DNA of 64,000 nt, from contig CBDDEL010000014.1 in assembly GCA_965226885.1 (NCBI GenBank), positions 512,001 through 576,000 of the forward strand. The letters run 5' to 3'. This document shows, one piece after another, positions 30,697 to 42,688 of this stretch; within the stretch, counting starts at the first letter, position 1; each line of letters starts with the position of its first letter. This DNA is from Opitutales bacterium. GTDB taxonomy: Bacteria > Verrucomicrobiota > Verrucomicrobiia > Opitutales > UBA2987. The notes beneath the pieces were generated by a model. It saw only the letters and a program-made list of their open reading frames with translations. It had not been told where the DNA came from and ran no database searches. A program made the translations under genes and the position numbers.

Positions 30697-32658
30697 TTAG
30701 TATTTGATAAACATTTGCTCGGGCATGGTGATTCTTTCCCATCCTCTGTAGAGATCTTCCGAATTCCCACTAGCCGGTACATTTCCCAGGCGTTTGCTCG
30801 ATCCCCATGGTCTTGATAATGAACCAATGGAAATCATGGGAATGTTTTCGGAGTACAAATCCCGGATGCGAATCATGTATTTCCCTTGTTTCTCCGGATC
30901 CCATGTAATTTGGGCCTGTATGATGGCGGTGGTTGCTTCGCGCAGCCAGGACGGAGCCTCTTCTCCAGCATTGCGGTGCCAAAAGGGAAGGTTTTGGCCT
31001 ATCGGGGCCAGCATATGCGTTTGGTTCAATGGATGAGCAGGCATTCCCGTAATGGTTACGTCAAAATTTCCATTTATGCGCCGGGGTATAATGATCTCTT
31101 GCATAGCGATATTGAGATTTACTTTGATGCCGATGGCTTCCCAGTACTCCTTCACCAGTTCACTGAAATCCGGTAGGACGGAAAAGTTTATTACATCGAG
31201 GATCACTTCAAAAACGGATCCATCTTCAAATTCCCGAAAACCGTTACCATCGGTATCTTTATATCCGGCCTGGTCCAATAATTTTCGTGATTTTTCCGGA
31301 TCGTATTGGGAGTAGAGTTGAGCGAGTTCTTCGGAATAGTAGGGGCTCGCCTGACTGAAGGAGATCCCTCCCGGCTTAACCAGGCCGCTATAGACCAGTT
31401 GGCTGATTTCCTCGCGGTTAATGGCATGTGAGAGAGCGATTCTAACCAACTTGTTGCGAAATGCCTCTCGTAAAAGCGGGTTGTGCACGTCCCAATTGGG
31501 GTAGAGGGCTATTCCCGGGGAATAGGTCGAAAGATGAATTTTGAAACTGCTCCCTATCTCTCTTTCCTTGAGAAAAGTATACATATTTTCATTGAAACTT
31601 CGTCCGAATAGATCGAGTTCATCGTTGGTAAATTTCAGCAAAATGAGTTCATTATTCGGAATGATGGAAAATTCCAGCCTGTCGGCGTAGGGAAGCTGGT
31701 TGCCCAGAGTGTCGATTTTCCAATAATAGGGATTCCTTTCAAACACGGCCCTCTGGCTGCGTTCCCAATGTACGGGCACCCAGGCCGAAAGACGCGGAAT
31801 ACCGGGTTGGAAAGCGAGCATTCCATCGGTTGTGTTGCTACGGAATAAATCGTAGTCGGCTTGAGGATTGTACCTTGGGTGGTATTGGGCTAAAATATGT
31901 TTGGGAAAGGCTATTTTGCTATGGCAGAGGGTTTCCAGAATCTTTCCCATAGGTTGTTCTGAAGAAATTTTGAGGGTGATTGCATCCACCATTTCCATTT
32001 TTATGGGTTGGCCACCGTTGAGCCATCTGGCGGGGAAAAGGGGATTGTTACCGGCGATGCGGGCGTCTTCATCGATGGTCATGTCTTCATACCAGAATAG
32101 AATATCCTCGACCGTGAAAGGGGCTCCGTCCGACCATTTGATTCCCTCTCGCAATTTCATGAGCAAGGTGCGCCCCCCATCTTTAAATTCATAACTTTCA
32201 GCCAAGTTCAGCTGTAGGCTGTTGGGCATTGGTCTTTCAAACGCCATGAGGTTTTCGCTGAATGTCTTGGCAATGGCGGATTCGTTAATGACATCGGTAT
32301 TCAACGCTCTTCGAATAGTGCCGCCGTATTTGCCGATTTCTTCCACCGGAACGAGGACCAGGGGATTTTCGGGCAAACGATCTGAGACCGGCGGTAATTT
32401 ACCGGATTGCACTTTTTCTGCCAGCATGGGCGCTTCATTAAAGGCGCGGTTGTCCAGAATTGAGGAATCGATAGTTGGTGGCGCGGTAGAAGTCTGTTGG
32501 GCTTGATGAGACTCCACCTTGGCGCCCTGATCGCTGTTATCGGACTTGGAGCCTAAACAACCCGCCAGATTCAGGCATAGGAGCAGCGGAAACAGTTTGG
32601 ATGGATTAATCGTAATCATGTCATTTATGTTGGCAAAACGGAAATTGGATGGCAACAC
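30697..32658 (-). CDS. ABC transporter substrate-binding lipoprotein (family 5)
   Basis: Lipobox LAGC, EAPMLAE..GKLPPV..RLPENP, KWSDGAPFT..D, ERNPYYWK.D..GNQLPY.D. Confidence 0.9.
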   Translation of the reverse strand: MLPSNFRFANINDMITINPSKLFPLLLCLNLAGCLGSKSDNSDQGAKVESHQAQQTSTAPPTIDSSILDNRAFNEAPMLAEKVQSGKLPPVSDRLPENPLVLVPVEEIGKYGGTIRRALNTDVINESAIAKTFSENLMAFERPMPNSLQLNLAESYEFKDGGRTLLMKLREGIKWSDGAPFTVEDILFWYEDMTIDEDARIAGNNPLFPARWLNGGQPIKMEMVDAITLKISSEQPMGKILETLCHSKIAFPKHILAQYHPRYNPQADYDLFRSNTTDGMLAFQPGIPRLSAWVPVHWERSQRAVFERNPYYWKIDTLGNQLPYADRLEFSIIPNNELILLKFTNDELDLFGRSFNENMYTFLKEREIGSSFKIHLSTYSPGIALYPNWDVHNPLLREAFRNKLVRIALSHAINREEISQLVYSGLVKPGGISFSQASPYYSEELAQLYSQYDPEKSRKLLDQAGYKDTDGNGFREFEDGSVFEVILDVINFSVLPDFSELVKEYWEAIGIKVNLNIAMQEIIIPRRINGNFDVTITGMPAHPLNQTHMLAPIGQNLPFWHRNAGEEAPSWLREATTAIIQAQITWDPEKQGKYMIRIRDLYSENIPMISIGSLSRPWGSSKRLGNVPASGNSEDLYRGWERITMPEQMFIKY

Positions 32659-32660
32659 TG

Positions 32661-34430
32661 TCAGCCTTTTAGCTCGTCAGCTTGCAAAGCTCTCCGGTAA
32701 AGCCGAATCTCGCGCATCTTGCCGCTGAAATACCCTGATTCGCCAAAGCCGATCTTCAATGAGGTGCCATTGGACAGGTTGAAATCTTCGGGCTGGAAAG
32801 GGGAGGATAAGGCCAACTGTTTCCCGTCGAGGTAAAGCTTCAAGCTGCCGCCCTCCTTTACCGCCGCCCAGTGTTTCCACCCATTTCCCGGATCGCGGTC
32901 CGAGGTGGCGCACTTTCCCGCCTGGAAAGAGAATACCCGCCCGCGGACATCCGCCGGTGCATGGTGTATGGAGCCCGTGCAGCTGCCGATGCTGGCAAAC
33001 AATCTGCCGCCGAAAACCGTCAAACTGGTTATCCTGGTCCAGGCCTTTTTCATTTCCCGGTAGTCGCCGCCGTATTTCCTTGGTTCCACCGGCTTCCAAC
33101 CTTCGGGTGAATAAAATCGCTTCATTAAAGTCCAAGATAGGTTTTCATCGTAGCGCCAAATATCGCCCCTGGGTATCGTGCCGGCGTATAATTTTCCATT
33201 AAATACGACTAGATCGTTAGTTTCAATGCTGTCTCCGAGGAAGCCGCCATGTTCCCATTGACCGTTTCTGGAGGCCGCCACCGGATCTGGCCAGGTGCCC
33301 GCAATGAGATTACCTTGATGCACCCCCAGGGTATGCACCTGATTGCACTTTTCCCACGAACCGAGCGGATTTCCCAGCGATTCCCATCGTTCGCCGTCAT
33401 AAGTGTAAACTTCTGCCCCTGGAAAGCCATCGAGCCAGGCATCGGGCCAGTATTTGGCACCATTGCCCCCCACATGAAGTTTGCCGTGGTGGACCAACAT
33501 GCAATGAACATTAGTGATCCATTCTCCGCATGGCTTCCAGTTTTGGGCGCCTTCATAGACATAACACCGGCACTTTCGGTCGGTCGTCGATTCATCGCGG
33601 GAGCCCAAAACATCGCGGGAGCCCAAAACATAGAGCTGCCCCTTATAGGTTGCCAGGCTCGACAGGCGACTGCACATCCCCGGCTGGCCGTAATCTTCCC
33701 ATTCCCGACCGCCCTTGTAGCGGTAGATACGGCTATAATCCAGGCCTGATTCGGAAACTTCACCGCCTTTGTCGTAATTTGAGGTTCCCGCGTAGAGTGC
33801 GCCATCGTGCACGACCATTGCCTCTATGCCGTGGGTGCGGCGATTTCCCACCCGTCCGCAATCTTCCCATTCGGCTCTCTCTATATACCGATAGACATGA
33901 CACCAGTCCGCTTCATATTGAGCATCGTTTGTGCCCACGTACAAACCGCCGTCATAAACCGTTAAGGATCCGCAATAATTGCTGCTCTCGTTTGGCCTCC
34001 CGCAATCCTCCCAATCCGTAGTTTTACCATCATCGATGCCAAAATGAATTTGTTGGTTGTTGCATTGGGAATTATAGCCCCCGGCGCTTGAGTTGAGGCA
34101 TAAGGAAAAACCTTTCCTACGGGATGCGTCGAATTTACCCAGGATATCACCGCCTGTGATTGCCGCCTCCTTATCCGTGAATATCTCTGCGCTAATCGTG
34201 AAGTCGCTAATGCCGAAATTCAAGGAAGCGCTGTTTTTCACTTCGATAAAACTACTTTTTCCGTCGAATTGTCCAATTGCGGGACTTTCGCCCTTGGCGT
34301 TTCCATGGTTTCCATTGCCGGAATGGTCCCGGCAATCTCCTTGTAGTTTCCAATAACCGGCGAGACCGTCCTCGATAGGCGTTTGCTGCCCTGAATCTGT
34401 CAAAGACATTTGCTGGATGTTATTTACCAC
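32661..34430 (-). CDS. LamG-domain / beta-propeller hypothetical protein
   Basis: Split LamG motifs at both termini around WEDCG repeats; in-frame 18-bp duplication VLGSRD x2 (33593-33628). Confidence 0.7.
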   Translation of the reverse strand: MVNNIQQMSLTDSGQQTPIEDGLAGYWKLQGDCRDHSGNGNHGNAKGESPAIGQFDGKSSFIEVKNSASLNFGISDFTISAEIFTDKEAAITGGDILGKFDASRRKGFSLCLNSSAGGYNSQCNNQQIHFGIDDGKTTDWEDCGRPNESSNYCGSLTVYDGGLYVGTNDAQYEADWCHVYRYIERAEWEDCGRVGNRRTHGIEAMVVHDGALYAGTSNYDKGGEVSESGLDYSRIYRYKGGREWEDYGQPGMCSRLSSLATYKGQLYVLGSRDVLGSRDESTTDRKCRCYVYEGAQNWKPCGEWITNVHCMLVHHGKLHVGGNGAKYWPDAWLDGFPGAEVYTYDGERWESLGNPLGSWEKCNQVHTLGVHQGNLIAGTWPDPVAASRNGQWEHGGFLGDSIETNDLVVFNGKLYAGTIPRGDIWRYDENLSWTLMKRFYSPEGWKPVEPRKYGGDYREMKKAWTRITSLTVFGGRLFASIGSCTGSIHHAPADVRGRVFSFQAGKCATSDRDPGNGWKHWAAVKEGGSLKLYLDGKQLALSSPFQPEDFNLSNGTSLKIGFGESGYFSGKMREIRLYRRALQADELKG

Positions 34431-34435
34431 TTAAC

Positions 34436-35303
34436 TTACGCCGTTTCCGCGTGGATCAGTTTCTCGTGCATAGTAAGCCGTTTTCTATGCCTCATGGGAA
34501 TGTTGGGGAAATCATCCGAATCGGTTTCACGGCCCGTCTCGCGGTTGAGGAAGAGCGGCAATTCAGAAGCCTTAGGTTTTGCCCGATCGTATCCGTAATC
34601 ATAGCTTCGCATGATGATGCGTTGTTCCCGGTTGAGCGTTTCCAGCCATTGCGGGGAAGATTGATGACGGTCCGCCTCGCATACCCAAGATGGGCAATAG
34701 GCCAGGAAAATATTTTTTCTTAGAACATCGCTCTCGTTGGGTTCCACCCGATGCCAGAGGTTGCAATGCATCAGGGTAATCGTTCCGCGGGGAATGCACA
34801 TGATTTTTTCACCGGGTAGGCTCTTATGAGTTTCATAAGCATAAAAGTACCTTGTATTGTGGCTGCCCGGCATATAGACGAAGTTGCCAATAACCTATTT
34901 TCACCTGTATTGGCAGGGTGGGTGCGAATACCCCATAAGGAACCGCGCGCGGTCCGTCCTGGTGCCACGGGCTGTGTTTACCGCTGGTCGGCCTCATGAA
35001 AAATTGGGACAGGTGCAGTTTGAGTTGTTCTCCATAGATATCGTAAAAGTATCCAACATGCCGGGGGTGATCGATCAAATCTGCAAAGACCTTATCCCTT
35101 TCCACTACGTTAGTCGGATTATAAGTTTTATCCGGTACATAAGCGGGGTCGTTTGCGCTACAGCGATTGATGGCATCAAGATAGCAATCGATTTCATCTT
35201 GAGTTAAGGTATTCTCAAGGGTCAGAAAACCTTCTCTCATGAATTCTTCCCATTGATCGGGCGTGAAACCGGGAGGCGGTTTTCGATAGTTGGATGGGCT
35301 CAT
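34436..35303 (-). pseudogene. Phytanoyl-CoA dioxygenase (PhyH)-family Fe/2OG enzyme, frameshifted
   Basis: EEFMREGFL, WHQDG, LWHRVEPN split over two frames near 34870. Confidence 0.8.
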
Positions 35304-35852
35304 GGCGTTACTCCATTTGGATTTGATTTGTAATGCATTTGAAAAAGCTAGGCGGCTTAACTTCAATTTGAGAAATGTTTAACAGGAGCCTTAATGATCC
35401 GCAAACCAGAATGAATAGATTTGTGGGGAATCTAGGGCCCCTGATAGTTCAATTTCCAGGCAAATCGCTTGCGCGGCGATGACGCTTAAATTTGGCGAAG
35501 CGTTCCAGGTAACGATGCTGTCCAGAGAGGCTTCATCAATCGCCTGACAATCCTCAAAAGAGAATCCCGGAATTACCTCGCCGGTTTCCGTGTCGGCAAT
35601 TTGCACTTTGACGGAACCAAACCCCGGTGCGTAGTTTTCCACATTGATGTGCAAGGCCCGCCCTGCGATGCCTTGGCTATCAATAGGAATTGTTTTCAAG
35701 GTTCCCCTCATCGCCATGCGGTATTTGGGGACTTTGAAGTAATACAGCGGCTGGGGGTGTATTTGCGGTTTTTTGAGGGTCAGAAATGCAAAGCCGTCCT
35801 GACGTAAATGGGCCAACCCTGTTTTCATTCGCCATATTTCCTTTATCTGGGC

Positions 35853-37180
35853 TGATGTGCACTGGAAAAAGTGGACACGAGATTCTCCTAAATGGAGAAT
35901 CGAAGCATGGGAAGAAGACGCTTTAGTATAGAGTTCAAAAATGAGGCAGTTCAACTGATGATACTCGATGGTCTGAGCGCCACCGAGGTATCGACCAAAC
36001 TTGGGGTCAACACCAACCAATTGTATAGGTGGAAGAGGCTCTATCTGGACGATCAGCAGGGCGAAGCCACCTCAAAGCGACAGAGCAGTCCGAAGGAGAT
36101 GGCGGCCGAGATAGATCGTCTTCGCAAAGAGCTGCGCCGCTCGGAGCGGATCAACCAGATACTAAAAAAAACGGTGGGCTACTTTGCCAAGGACGAACAA
36201 TGAAGTACCAGTTTGTCAAAGACAACGAGGGGCGCTTCAAGATCGAGGAAATATGCTCGGCGATGGGGATTTGTCGCAGTGGCTATTACTGCTGGAGGCA
36301 CCGAGCGCCCTCGGCCCGGCGGATCGAGGACGAGGGAATCAAGGGGGCGATCCTGAAGGTACACAAAGAGGCCAAGGGCCGCTATGGGCATCGGCCAATG
36401 CACCGCCATCTGAAGGATGATGAGGGCATCGATTGCGGCCGTGACCGGGCTCTGCGTCTGATGCGTGAAATGGGAATCAAAAGCACCCAGAGTAAACGCT
36501 TTAAGCCATTAAAAACCAACAGTAACCATCCCTATGGTTACAGCCCCAATGTGCTTAAAAAGCATGGCCAGCCGACCCATATCGACGAGGTCTGGGTGGC
36601 GGACACGACCTACCTACGGACCCTGGCCGGTTGGATGTACTTGGCCACGGTGATGGACCTGTTCAGCCGACGCCTGCTGGGCTGGAGCGTTTCCAACCAC
36701 AACGACGCGAAGCTGGTTGGCAAGGCCCTCAAAGCCGCGGCCATGACCCGCGGCACACTGCGCACCGGGATTATTCATCACAGCGATCGGGGCAGCCCCT
36801 ACGCCAGCGACGACTATCAGAGGCTGGTCTCTGAACTAGGCATGAAGCCGAGCATGAGCGCCCAAGGCAACTGCTACGACAACGCGGCCATGGAATCGTT
36901 CTACGGCCGCTTCAAGACCAGCACGATTCGAGGCCGCCACTTTGCCGACGAGCGCGAACTGCGATCAACTGTCTTCGAATACGTGGAAATCTTCTACAAC
37001 CGATATCGCAAACATTCCTCTCTGAGTTACCAAAGCCCAGTCCAATTCGAGGAAAATATTTGCCCCCCATGGGGGGCAACGAGAAAACAAAACCCTTTAC
37101 CAAAACAAGCCGCCTGACACACTAATCAATAAACAATGAATATAAGAGAATCCCGTGTCCAACAAATCCAGTACACGTCA
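35853..37180 (+). mobile_element. IS3-family element (orfA ~35907-36203, orfB 36200-37117)
   Basis: TG...CA ends with imperfect IR, 3-bp TSD GGC, WVADTTY, HSDRGS, CYDNAAMES. Confidence 0.95.
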
Positions 37181-39217
37181 GGCTGAGGGAGTGTCCGCAG
37201 CGCTCATAGCAATTCTTCCAGTAGTCAGGGTTCCGATAGAACCGCGGTAGTAGAGCCAGATTTTCCCTTCGTGGGCAAAAAAGGAATTGGGAGTGCAAAG
37301 CATCCCGGAATCCCAACTGCCCCTGGGCCCCAACGGCAATAAGGGATTGTTTGGTTGAATGCGTGAAAAGTGAATACCGTCGCGGCTGACTGCCAATCGA
37401 AGATCGACTTCCCAATTTTCCCCTTCCCAATGCTGGTAGAGGCACAAATAAACGCCCTTGTAAGGTTGCACAAGTCCCCCGTGGATTTGATCTTCGTTGC
37501 AGCCGGTGCGGGGGTCCAGAACCGGGTTTCCTTTGTAGCCCATCAACTCGGTGGGGGAAGGGCCGTGGGCCAGGGACAGGTTCCGGGTCTTGGGGGAGGC
37601 GCCGTGGGGGTAGCCGGCCCAGCGATCCTGGCCGTAAAGCTTCCAGCGATAGCCGGGATGTTTTGTTAGGGGGTCCCGAAACATGCTGAGCAGGGCCTCG
37701 ACCCAGGGATTGAAACCATGATGCACCTGATTGTGTCCGGGAGGTCTGCCCCACAAGCGTTGGGGGGGGTAATTGCCAGTGGATGCCGTCAGCGGAATAA
37801 GTCAGGTTAAGCTCAGGCCCTCCATGGTGGTGGGTATCAATAAATAATTTGTAACGGCGCGAGGGATCAGGATCACTTTCATCCCGAAAAATAAGAGCCC
37901 CCCCGGTGCAGTATTCGAGGGGAAAGAGAAGATTGTTTTTTTTCGATCCTTCATACTCGACCAGACCGAGTTCAGGCTTGATCCAGTCGATCCCGTTTTC
38001 ACTCTCAGCATAACAGGTATTCCATTTGCGTTCGAATTTGTCCGAACTTCCCGTATACCAACAGCGAAATTTCCTCTTTTCCAGCAGGACGGTGGCATAG
38101 CCTGACCATGCTGCATCAAGCGAACCGGGCGGACCAGTCAGATTTAAGGGATTGGCTTCGGAACGCCGGGCCGTGGCCACAACCTGTTCCAGGTTTTCCA
38201 TTTCCGCGACCTCCAGAAGATCGAGGAAGAGGACATGCCGGGAATCGCGCACCGAGTACCGGGGAACGGGCAAATAATCAAAACAGTAGCGGTAGTTTTC
38301 ACTTTGGGAAATTAATCGGTGATCCTCGCTGGTATATTCGCCTCTAAGAATGGCAAACCCGCTTTGAGAATCTTGAGTACAGGATAATACCGAATATCCC
38401 ATTGACATCCACCATTGGCCGGGAGCCCCGCCGCACTGTGCCTCGAAACTGAACTCCTCCCCTAAAAAGCGACGGTAATACATGCCTCGCTGGTCGGCAT
38501 CGACCGCGAAAAGCCAAACGATACCGTGTTCATCAACCTTGAGGGATGGCTGGTATCGCGCTCTGCCTCCGAGCCTTTGGATATCGATTAAATGACCATC
38601 TTTCCGAAGATCCACCCGCTGAGTTCCATCCAATTGCCCGGAGACAATGAAGGTCCGATTTCCAGAGCTGGCAATGTCAGGATTAATGCCTTCATGGAGT
38701 CTCTGCGGAGCGGAAGCTTTATAGTGGGCATCCAGGCGAATATACAGGATATTCGGAGTAAGCTCCGATGCCATCCACATAATTTCGAGATTCCCTTCTT
38801 GGTCAAAGCAACCTCGAGGCGAGTAAACAGCTTCTTCGCACTCCAAAAATGTCGTGGCGTTGAAATGGTTTCCCTCCAAAACCGCAAGGCTCATGCTAAA
38901 TTTGACGGGATTGGAATGCTTTTCACGGTAAAGAATAACCACCCGGCCCCGGGGGTCTGTCAGGATTTGTTCGACGGTGACGTTACCTAGAGATTGCGAG
39001 GACCATTTTTTCCATTTGCTGTCGCCATTTATGGGAAAAGAAGTGGCAGCGCCATGGAGGCTCTCGCCTTGGGACCAAAATACCAGCAGCCGGTTCTCGG
39101 AAACGGCGATTCCCTCACTGTCGGGAATTGATTTTTGGAGGGCTCCGGATTCGCCGAATAATGTGAGAGCCGGTTCAAAATCCTCCATCGTGATGGGGTG
39201 CTCTGAACTCGCAATTA

Positions 39218-41465
39218 TTAATCCGGCAAATAAATAGTGACATATCAATAACTTATGCTAAAGTAGGTTCATGAATAGGAATGATGCGCGTTCACTAAGC
39301 GAAGAGACTATATATGAGCTGAGGTGTCGGGCGGTGGATCTGAAAAGAGAGGGTTGCACTTATGAAGAGGTTTCCGTGGTTTTAAAGGTATCGATCAGCG
39401 CTGTGCGCAAATGGTGGGCCCTTTACCGAAATGGAGGGCCAAAAGCCCTGCGGCTTGGACAACGGGGCCGTCGGCAGGGCCAATGTCGAAGATTGAGCTC
39501 CCAACAAGAGCGCATGGTGTGCCGAATGATTACCGATAAGAGACCCGACCAGCTTAAGATGCCCTTTGCCCTGTGGACGCGCCAAGCGGTGCAAGAGTTG
39601 ATTGAAAGGCAGTTTGCTTTGAAGATGCCGATCCGCACGGTGGGCGAGTATCTTCGCCGTTGGGGTTTCACTCCACAAAAACCTCGAAGACAAGCCTATG
39701 AGCAGCAGCCTGAGGCGATTAATACCAAATCGCAAAAGGATTGATAAAGATTAAAAAACAGCTATAAAGGCGGAATGAGAAGATATATGGGAACCGATGA
39801 AGACCGTGAACGTATCAAGAAATTGCTCAACAAAGAGGCTGTCGGCTGGCGTAAAGAGCGTTTGGTGGCATTAAAAATGGGCTTCCAGCCGCACCACAGC
39901 ATTGATGAAATTGGAGCCATCGTGGGCCGAGGCAAAGCGACGATCCAGCGTTGGTTTGACAAATATCGTGCTGCAGGGCTCGGGGCGGTGCTTACACGCG
40001 CCTACAAAGGCGGGATCAAAAGCCGTTGCGACAAAGAGGTGGAGGCCTTCTTGCTCAATGGTTTGAAGGTCGCGCGCTGGAACACAGCCGTTCAGGCGGG
40101 GCAAGAGCTGGAGCGACATTTCGGGCGCTCCTTCGCCTACAAGACGGTGTGGCGATGGCTAAAAAAATGCGCCGGGGTGCTTCGAGTCCCTCGCCCCGTG
40201 CATGAGAAACGGGACTCGGCAAAAGCGGAAGCGTTCAAGCGAGACTTTTTTAAGATCCTCCAGGAGCTTTCCCTCACCCGAGGCAATCGGGTTCGGGTGT
40301 GGTTTGCCGATGAAAGCCGTTTTGGTTTGCTTCCGGTGTACCGCCGGTGCTGGACGCAAAGAGGGCTTCGGCCGCACAAAAAATATCAGACAAGATACCA
40401 GTGGAGCTACTGTTACGGAGCCCTCGACGTGGTCAACGGCGAGATGGTATGCATCCAAACCCCTAGCACGAATCTACAGTGGACGGAGGCTTTCCTCCAA
40501 CAGATCAAAAAGCAATATCCTGAGGAGGAACATGTGGTTGTATGGGACGGGGCAGGCTTCCATCCGCACGACTCGGAGCACCCCAACGTCCCCCCGGGCA
40601 TACATATCGTGAATTTGCCGCCGTATAGTCCTGAACTCAACCCGATTGAAAGACTTTGGGATATGATACAGGATCAAACGGCCAACAAACTGTGGCCGAG
40701 CATTGAGCGACTCGAAGAAGTCGTCGCAACCCATCTCAAAGACTGGTGGGAGGACACTGAAAAAGTCCTCTCTTTAGTTGGCGGAGGCTGGCAGCACATT
40801 CAAGCAAACGCTTCTGCCAAATAACTTATTATCATACCTAATGAGATTTGGTATAAGAAGTGGCTTGATCAAACTTACCCGGCCATCGAAGCCAGAGCCA
40901 AAGCGCAACAGGCCCAAATCCACTGGGGAGATGAAACCGGCATCAGTAGCGAAGATCATCGGGGAAGAGGTTATGCTCCGCGCGGTAAAACGCCAGTTGC
41001 CAAACGCAGTGCGCGTCGTTTTAGCACGAGCATGATCTCGACTATAACCAACCGTGGAAAGCTGCGTTTCATGGTTTACAAGGGAGCCTTGAATGTGGAA
41101 CTGTTTATCAAATTTCTGCGCCAGTCAATCAAAGGAGCCAAACGGAAAATCTTTCTCATTGTGGACAATCTGAGAGTGCATCATGCTAAAAAAGTAACCG
41201 GTTGGATTGAAGCCCACCGCGATAGGATCGGGATTTTTTATCTACCATCTTACAGTCCCGAATTGAACCCCGATGAGTATTTGAATAACACGGTCAAAGC
41301 GAACTTGAAGAACCTGCCGGCCCCGCGCAGCCAAATTGAGTTGCAGGGAAGTCTGCGAACCCACCTGCGCAGCAGGCAACGAAAACCAATTTTGATTAAA
41401 AAACTCTTCCATCATCGGGATGTTCAATACGCCGCTTAACTGTTACTATTCAATTGCCGGATTAA
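39218..41465 (+). mobile_element. IS630-family type B, copy 1, interrupted by IS630 type A
   Basis: IR TTAATCCGGCAA/TTGCCGGATTAA, TA duplication 39216-17 and 41466-67. Confidence 0.93.
39722..40853 (+). mobile_element. IS630-family type A, copy 2 (transposase 39775-40824)
   Basis: Near-identical to 10117-11248; TA duplicated within gcgatTAagaag of type B. Confidence 0.95.
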
Positions 41466-41593
41466 TAGTAATTGGCTATTTCCTGCACCCGGCAGCAATA
41501 TAAGCAGTTTCCCATCCGTGCCGATGGCGGTTCCATTCGGTCCGACGAGCGCATCTTGTGGTTCTGGAATAACTGAGTATGTAGACATATTAC

Positions 41594-41830
41594 TTAATTG
41601 GCGATGGCCATTTGTTCGGAGGCCGATGTGAGAGCGCCTTCTCCGAATGCGATCGGGTACGTGATGTCGTCTCGTACATGCTGAGTGCTGGCATCAATAT
41701 AGCAGACACTATAGGCCCTGCGCGATTGTAAACTATTGTAAATGCCTGAAGCGTGCAGTAAATGGTTATGGGGCAGCGCCACTTCATCGGCTTCCAGTTA
41801 CAGGAATACAACGTCATCTGCCTTATAAAC
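41594..41830 (-). pseudogene. PhyH-family C-terminal remnant
   Basis: HNHLLHASGIYNSLQSRRAYSVCYIDAST; N-terminal part absent. Confidence 0.55.
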
Positions 41831-41838
41831 AAATTCAA

Positions 41839-42600
41839 TTAGAAGGGATGATGGTGAGGCAAAATCGAGAGCCAGGCGGCATCATCGTAATCACCGGATT
41901 GTGCCAGTTTTGGCCATTTTTTGCTCCGGGAATTTTGTGCCAATTCAACGAAACTTTTAATGATTTCGGCAATAGATTCGGCCGATCCCGGGTTAGGAGC
42001 GCAGTCGGCCACAAGGTTCATGCCGCAAGCGGCCAACATGACACCCGCCTCCATCATCTCAGGAATGCTTTCCAAAGTGACGCCCCCCGTTCTCATAATG
42101 GGGCAAAAATCGAACAGGGGTTCCAGACGGACCAATTTTACAAAATTCAGATCGGGGCCGAATAGTTTGATGAAATGGGCTCCCCAATCCATCATTTGCA
42201 TGGCCTCATTCAGCGTCATAGCGGCTGGAACCAGGACATGGCTTGATGAATAAGCGTCGATTGTTTGTTGACTATAACCGCTGGCCGAAACAAATCCTTC
42301 GACCCCAATTTCCTTCAATTCGTCCAAGGTATGTAATTGCGGATAATTCATCCGTGCGTGTTTAATGATGGATTCGCTGTCCAAAGTGCTTCCGACCAAA
42401 ATATTGAGATCAGGGAAATTTGCGCGAATCCAGGGAATCATTTCCCGAAAATCGGGGCGGCGCAGGGTGTATTCGATTGTTGAAAGCCCGGCCAGGACGC
42501 ATGCTTCAACCAGCATTTTACTATCGTATTGATCCCGCGTGAAGATTGGCATGAAAGCTTGTTCATGGGCTTTGCGATAATTTTTCAACAGATTATTCAT
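41839..42600 (-). CDS. KDPG/KHG aldolase-like protein
   Basis: IEYTLR, LVGSTL, TLNEA..GAHFIKLF, TGGVT; start MNNLLK at 42600. Confidence 0.7.
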   Translation of the reverse strand: MNNLLKNYRKAHEQAFMPIFTRDQYDSKMLVEACVLAGLSTIEYTLRRPDFREMIPWIRANFPDLNILVGSTLDSESIIKHARMNYPQLHTLDELKEIGVEGFVSASGYSQQTIDAYSSSHVLVPAAMTLNEAMQMMDWGAHFIKLFGPDLNFVKLVRLEPLFDFCPIMRTGGVTLESIPEMMEAGVMLAACGMNLVADCAPNPGSAESIAEIIKSFVELAQNSRSKKWPKLAQSGDYDDAAWLSILPHHHPF

Positions 42601-42688
42601 CGTACTCGGAGGGTTTCCTTGAATGGGGGAACCTTTAGTCGCCCCTTCATTTAATGCGGATACTTTCACAGCTGGCGATAGCGTCGTC

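Larger units (their letters stand above)
35391..41588 (-). pseudogene. Large beta-propeller glycosidase-like protein interrupted by IS630B(+IS630A), a G-run frameshift (~37765) and IS3
   Basis: Frame rejoins exactly after removing the ISs: ...GNSQLL|IASSEHP... and ...DTPSA|QIKEIW...; motifs YAESENGIDWIKP, SADGIHW, SRDGIHF, LRQDGF. Confidence 0.82.
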
